DNA from: an uncultured delta proteobacterium
GTDB lineage: Bacteria; Myxococcota; B64-G9
DNA length: 64,000 bases
NCBI GenBank assembly: GCA_963754925.1
Contig: CAVWHX010000004.1
Span: 1,280,001-1,344,000, forward strand
Direction of reading: 5' to 3'
Positions 61,547 to 64,000 of the stretch are shown here, piece after piece. Positions within the stretch are counted from its first letter, which is position 1. Each line of letters opens with the position of its first letter. The notes under the pieces were generated by a model that was given only the letters and a program-made list of their open reading frames with translations, did no database searches and was not told the DNA's origin. Both the position numbers and the translations under genes were made by a program.

Positions 61547-62604
61547 TGAAACAAACCGAAGAACCGAAGGTTATTGGATTCACCTGTACCTATACCCCAC
61601 TTGCTTTGATTCATGCTGCGGGATTTGTGCCCTATAGGATTTTCCCGGACGGTGATTGGCCGGATCGAGCCGGGCAAATGCTGCACGACAACCTTTGCCC
61701 GCATATCAAGCGGGTACTTGATCGCGCTCTCGCTGAGGATATTCCGCACCTGGCAGGGGTGGTGTTTATGAACAGTTGCGATGCGATGCGCCGCCTCTAT
61801 GATGGATGGAAGGTCGCGCGACCAAACGAGCGGTCGATTCTTATCGATCTGCCGCCGACAAAAGATACCAAGGCATCAGAATTTTTTGCCAAGGAACTTA
61901 CGCGGCTGGTTGAGACGGTTTCGGCATGGTCGGGTCGATCGGTAACGGAAGAATCCATCCGGAATAGTTTGCACATCACCAACCACCTTGCCTCGCTGTT
62001 AGCGGAGATACGTAAACGCAATGCGGCCAATACTTGGGAAGGTGGCGCCAAAAGACTGCAAGAGATCTATCTACAGGCTGCAACCCAACCGTTTGAAAGA
62101 ACCATAGACGCTCTACAAGACATTGTTGCTGAAACTACAACAACGCGGTCTGATGGTGGCGTTCCCGTGTATGTATTTGGTAACGTGATGTCTGATCCGG
62201 ATTTCTTCGCCCTGATAGAATCGTGCGGTGCCCATGTGGTTGGTGAGGATTTGTGTACCGGATCGCGTATGTTCTCAGTGATAGAAGATGACGGCTCGCA
62301 CGACGTGGTAGCATGCCTTGCCAAGGGAATTCTCAATCGTCCTGCCTGCGCTCGGACGATGGAGACTCGGGTTCCGGGCAGCCTGGCCCGCGAAGTGCTT
62401 GCCAATGCGCGAGCCTGCAACGCGCGCGGGGTTATTGCCCACACGATGAAATTCTGTGATCCCTATTTGGCGCGGTTGCCCTCAGTACGTGAACTGCTGG
62501 GGAATGAGTCCCTTCCTTTTTTGCTGCTTGAGGGAGATTGTACCGCGCGATCGTTCGGGCAACAGAAAACCAGGATCGAAGCGTTTATCGAAATGTTGAG
62601 GTGA
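61546..62604 (+). CDS. 2-hydroxyacyl-CoA dehydratase family subunit (HgdB/FldC/BcrC-like)
   Basis: CTYTP..LIHAAG, LCP, NSCDAMRR, DLCTGSR, KFCDP, TRIEAFIEM. Confidence 0.88.
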   Translation: MKQTEEPKVIGFTCTYTPLALIHAAGFVPYRIFPDGDWPDRAGQMLHDNLCPHIKRVLDRALAEDIPHLAGVVFMNSCDAMRRLYDGWKVARPNERSILIDLPPTKDTKASEFFAKELTRLVETVSAWSGRSVTEESIRNSLHITNHLASLLAEIRKRNAANTWEGGAKRLQEIYLQAATQPFERTIDALQDIVAETTTTRSDGGVPVYVFGNVMSDPDFFALIESCGAHVVGEDLCTGSRMFSVIEDDGSHDVVACLAKGILNRPACARTMETRVPGSLAREVLANARACNARGVIAHTMKFCDPYLARLPSVRELLGNESLPFLLLEGDCTARSFGQQKTRIEAFIEMLR

Positions 62605-62612
62605 CCGCCGTG

Positions 62613-63842
62613 ATGCAAACTTTTTTCCAAGGACTCGAAGATAGAATTCTGACCCGTCTCCGCGAGAGCCCGGAGGCGGTAAGCCCCCAAAGAATCTTTA
62701 GCTTAGAACTGGTGCGACTGGGGAAACGTTTGTCCGATGCCGACAATCAAGTTGCGTGGTGTGGGGTTGGCGCTCCCTATGAAATTATCAACGCCATGGG
62801 GGTGACGTCCGCGTTTGTCGAGTTTATCAGCGGAATGCTCGCTGCAGCGGGTATGGCGGATTCATTTCTCGAGACGGCCGAGCATGCTGGTTATTCGCCC
62901 GACGGGTGCGCCTATCATCGAGCCGTGGTTGGGGCGGCGCTGAAGGAATTCTTGCCGGCGCCGGGCTTTTTTATTGCGACCACCTGTACCTGCACCGCCG
63001 GCATGGCGCTGCTTGAAAATCTTGCGCGCATATATAAGAAAGACCTGTTTTCGATACACGTGCCATACGGTCAGACGGTTGCCGATGTCCGATATCTCGC
63101 TGATCAGATTAGAAGCATGACGGATTTTATTGCCGGTCATACCCACAAGCCTCTGGATAAGGATGCGCTCAGGCAAGCAATTATCAACACGAATCAAGCT
63201 CGGGAGATAGTGCTTGATGTGTTGCACATGGCACGGCAGGTGCCTTCTCCGGCAAATGGCAGGGAATTGGGAAACCTGTTGATTTCCTCATTGATGCTTC
63301 TGGGCACGGATAGTGCGGTTACGATTGCCAAGAGTTATCAGACAGAATTCAAGAGGCGTATCCGACAAAGCATTAGTGGCGTTAGCGGAGAACGCCTGAG
63401 ACTTCTGTGGATCCAAAACCGCATTCAATTTAGAAATCCGCTCATAAAGTTATTGGAAGAAGAGTACCGGACCGTCGTTGTTGTTGATGAGCTTAATAAC
63501 ATTACTTGGGATCCGATTGATCCCGATAACCCGTATGAAGGAGTAGCTCGACGGATACTCTCGGTACCGTTCAATGGTCCGGTTGTCAATAGAATTGACC
63601 AATTGCGGAAGTTGGCGAAAGAGTATCAAGTAAATGGCGCCGTTAATCCCTGTCATTGGGGATGTCGCCAGGGCACCGGAGGAAGGGGTTTGATTGAACG
63701 TGGTTTGAAGGAAATAGGGGTTCCGGTCCTCAATCTTGAGGTGGATGCGGTAGATTCGAGGCATTTTGCGGAAGGGCAGCTGCGAACGCGACTAGGGGCC
63801 TTTCTCGAGATGCTCGAGGGCAAACCTTCAATCTGGAACTGA
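62613..63842 (+). CDS. 2-hydroxyacyl-CoA dehydratase family subunit (HgdA/FldB/BcrB-like)
   Basis: PYEI..AMG, GYSPDGCAYHR, HWGCRQ, DAVDSR..EGQLRTRLGAFLEML. Start may be GTG 62601. Confidence 0.88.
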   Translation: MQTFFQGLEDRILTRLRESPEAVSPQRIFSLELVRLGKRLSDADNQVAWCGVGAPYEIINAMGVTSAFVEFISGMLAAAGMADSFLETAEHAGYSPDGCAYHRAVVGAALKEFLPAPGFFIATTCTCTAGMALLENLARIYKKDLFSIHVPYGQTVADVRYLADQIRSMTDFIAGHTHKPLDKDALRQAIINTNQAREIVLDVLHMARQVPSPANGRELGNLLISSLMLLGTDSAVTIAKSYQTEFKRRIRQSISGVSGERLRLLWIQNRIQFRNPLIKLLEEEYRTVVVVDELNNITWDPIDPDNPYEGVARRILSVPFNGPVVNRIDQLRKLAKEYQVNGAVNPCHWGCRQGTGGRGLIERGLKEIGVPVLNLEVDAVDSRHFAEGQLRTRLGAFLEMLEGKPSIWN

Positions 63843-63857
63843 TCATGAAGGGACCGT

Positions 63858-64000
63858 ATGTATTATTTAGGAATTGATATTGGAAGTCTTTCGTGTGACG
63901 CGGTTGTAATTGACGATGCTGAGACGATCTTGGCTTCCGCGGTGATTCCAACCGGTGCACGTAATCGAGAATCGATTGCGCGGGTGAAGACAGAAGTTCT
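63858..64000 (+). CDS. Acyl-CoA dehydratase activase (HgdC/BadF-type ATPase), 3'-partial
   Basis: MYYLGIDIGSLSCDAVVID..PTGA; not in the ORF track because it runs off the window. Confidence 0.85.
   Translation, partial: MYYLGIDIGSLSCDAVVIDDAETILASAVIPTGARNRESIARVKTEV

Overview
64 kb of bacterial chromosome whose gene content (DifD/DifE-like chemosensory pair, TraB-like OmpA protein, DUF4175, DUF1844) points to Myxococcota or a related deltaproteobacterial lineage, with anaerobic enzymes (MvhDGA [NiFe] hydrogenase, radical 2-hydroxyacyl-CoA dehydratase). From left to right it holds: a DUF4175-peptidase-MoxR operon; a TSP3-repeat OmpA protein; wzc-degT-nusG paralogue; an IS1182-family element; a VIT-vWA protein; an AT-richer GT-C glycosyltransferase island; cheY-cheA-larB-larC-glgB; malQ; an HpaB/AbfD-family flavoprotein; two PAS kinases; a membrane-anchored HAMP-sigma54 activator with a downstream -24/-12 promoter and DUF6600-like target; mvhDGA plus protease; rpsU-dnaG-rpoD-tRNA-zinc ribbon-rnhA; a nucleoside salvage operon; an orphan PAAR-like/DUF2169/thiolase-like module coupled to a diguanylate cyclase; and a PadR-dehydratase operon. 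The most notable observations are (1) a dispersed intergenic hairpin family (6 copies) with five different but always complementary stem dinucleotides, which brackets mvhD and nests in other palindromic repeats, (2) the membrane-bound sigma54 activator circuit, (3) the toxin-less PAAR module linked to a GGDEF gene, and (4) an IS inserted in a REP loop. Eight single-base frame breaks in seven genes are most likely assembly indels. All family assignments come from motif recognition by eye; no database search was run.
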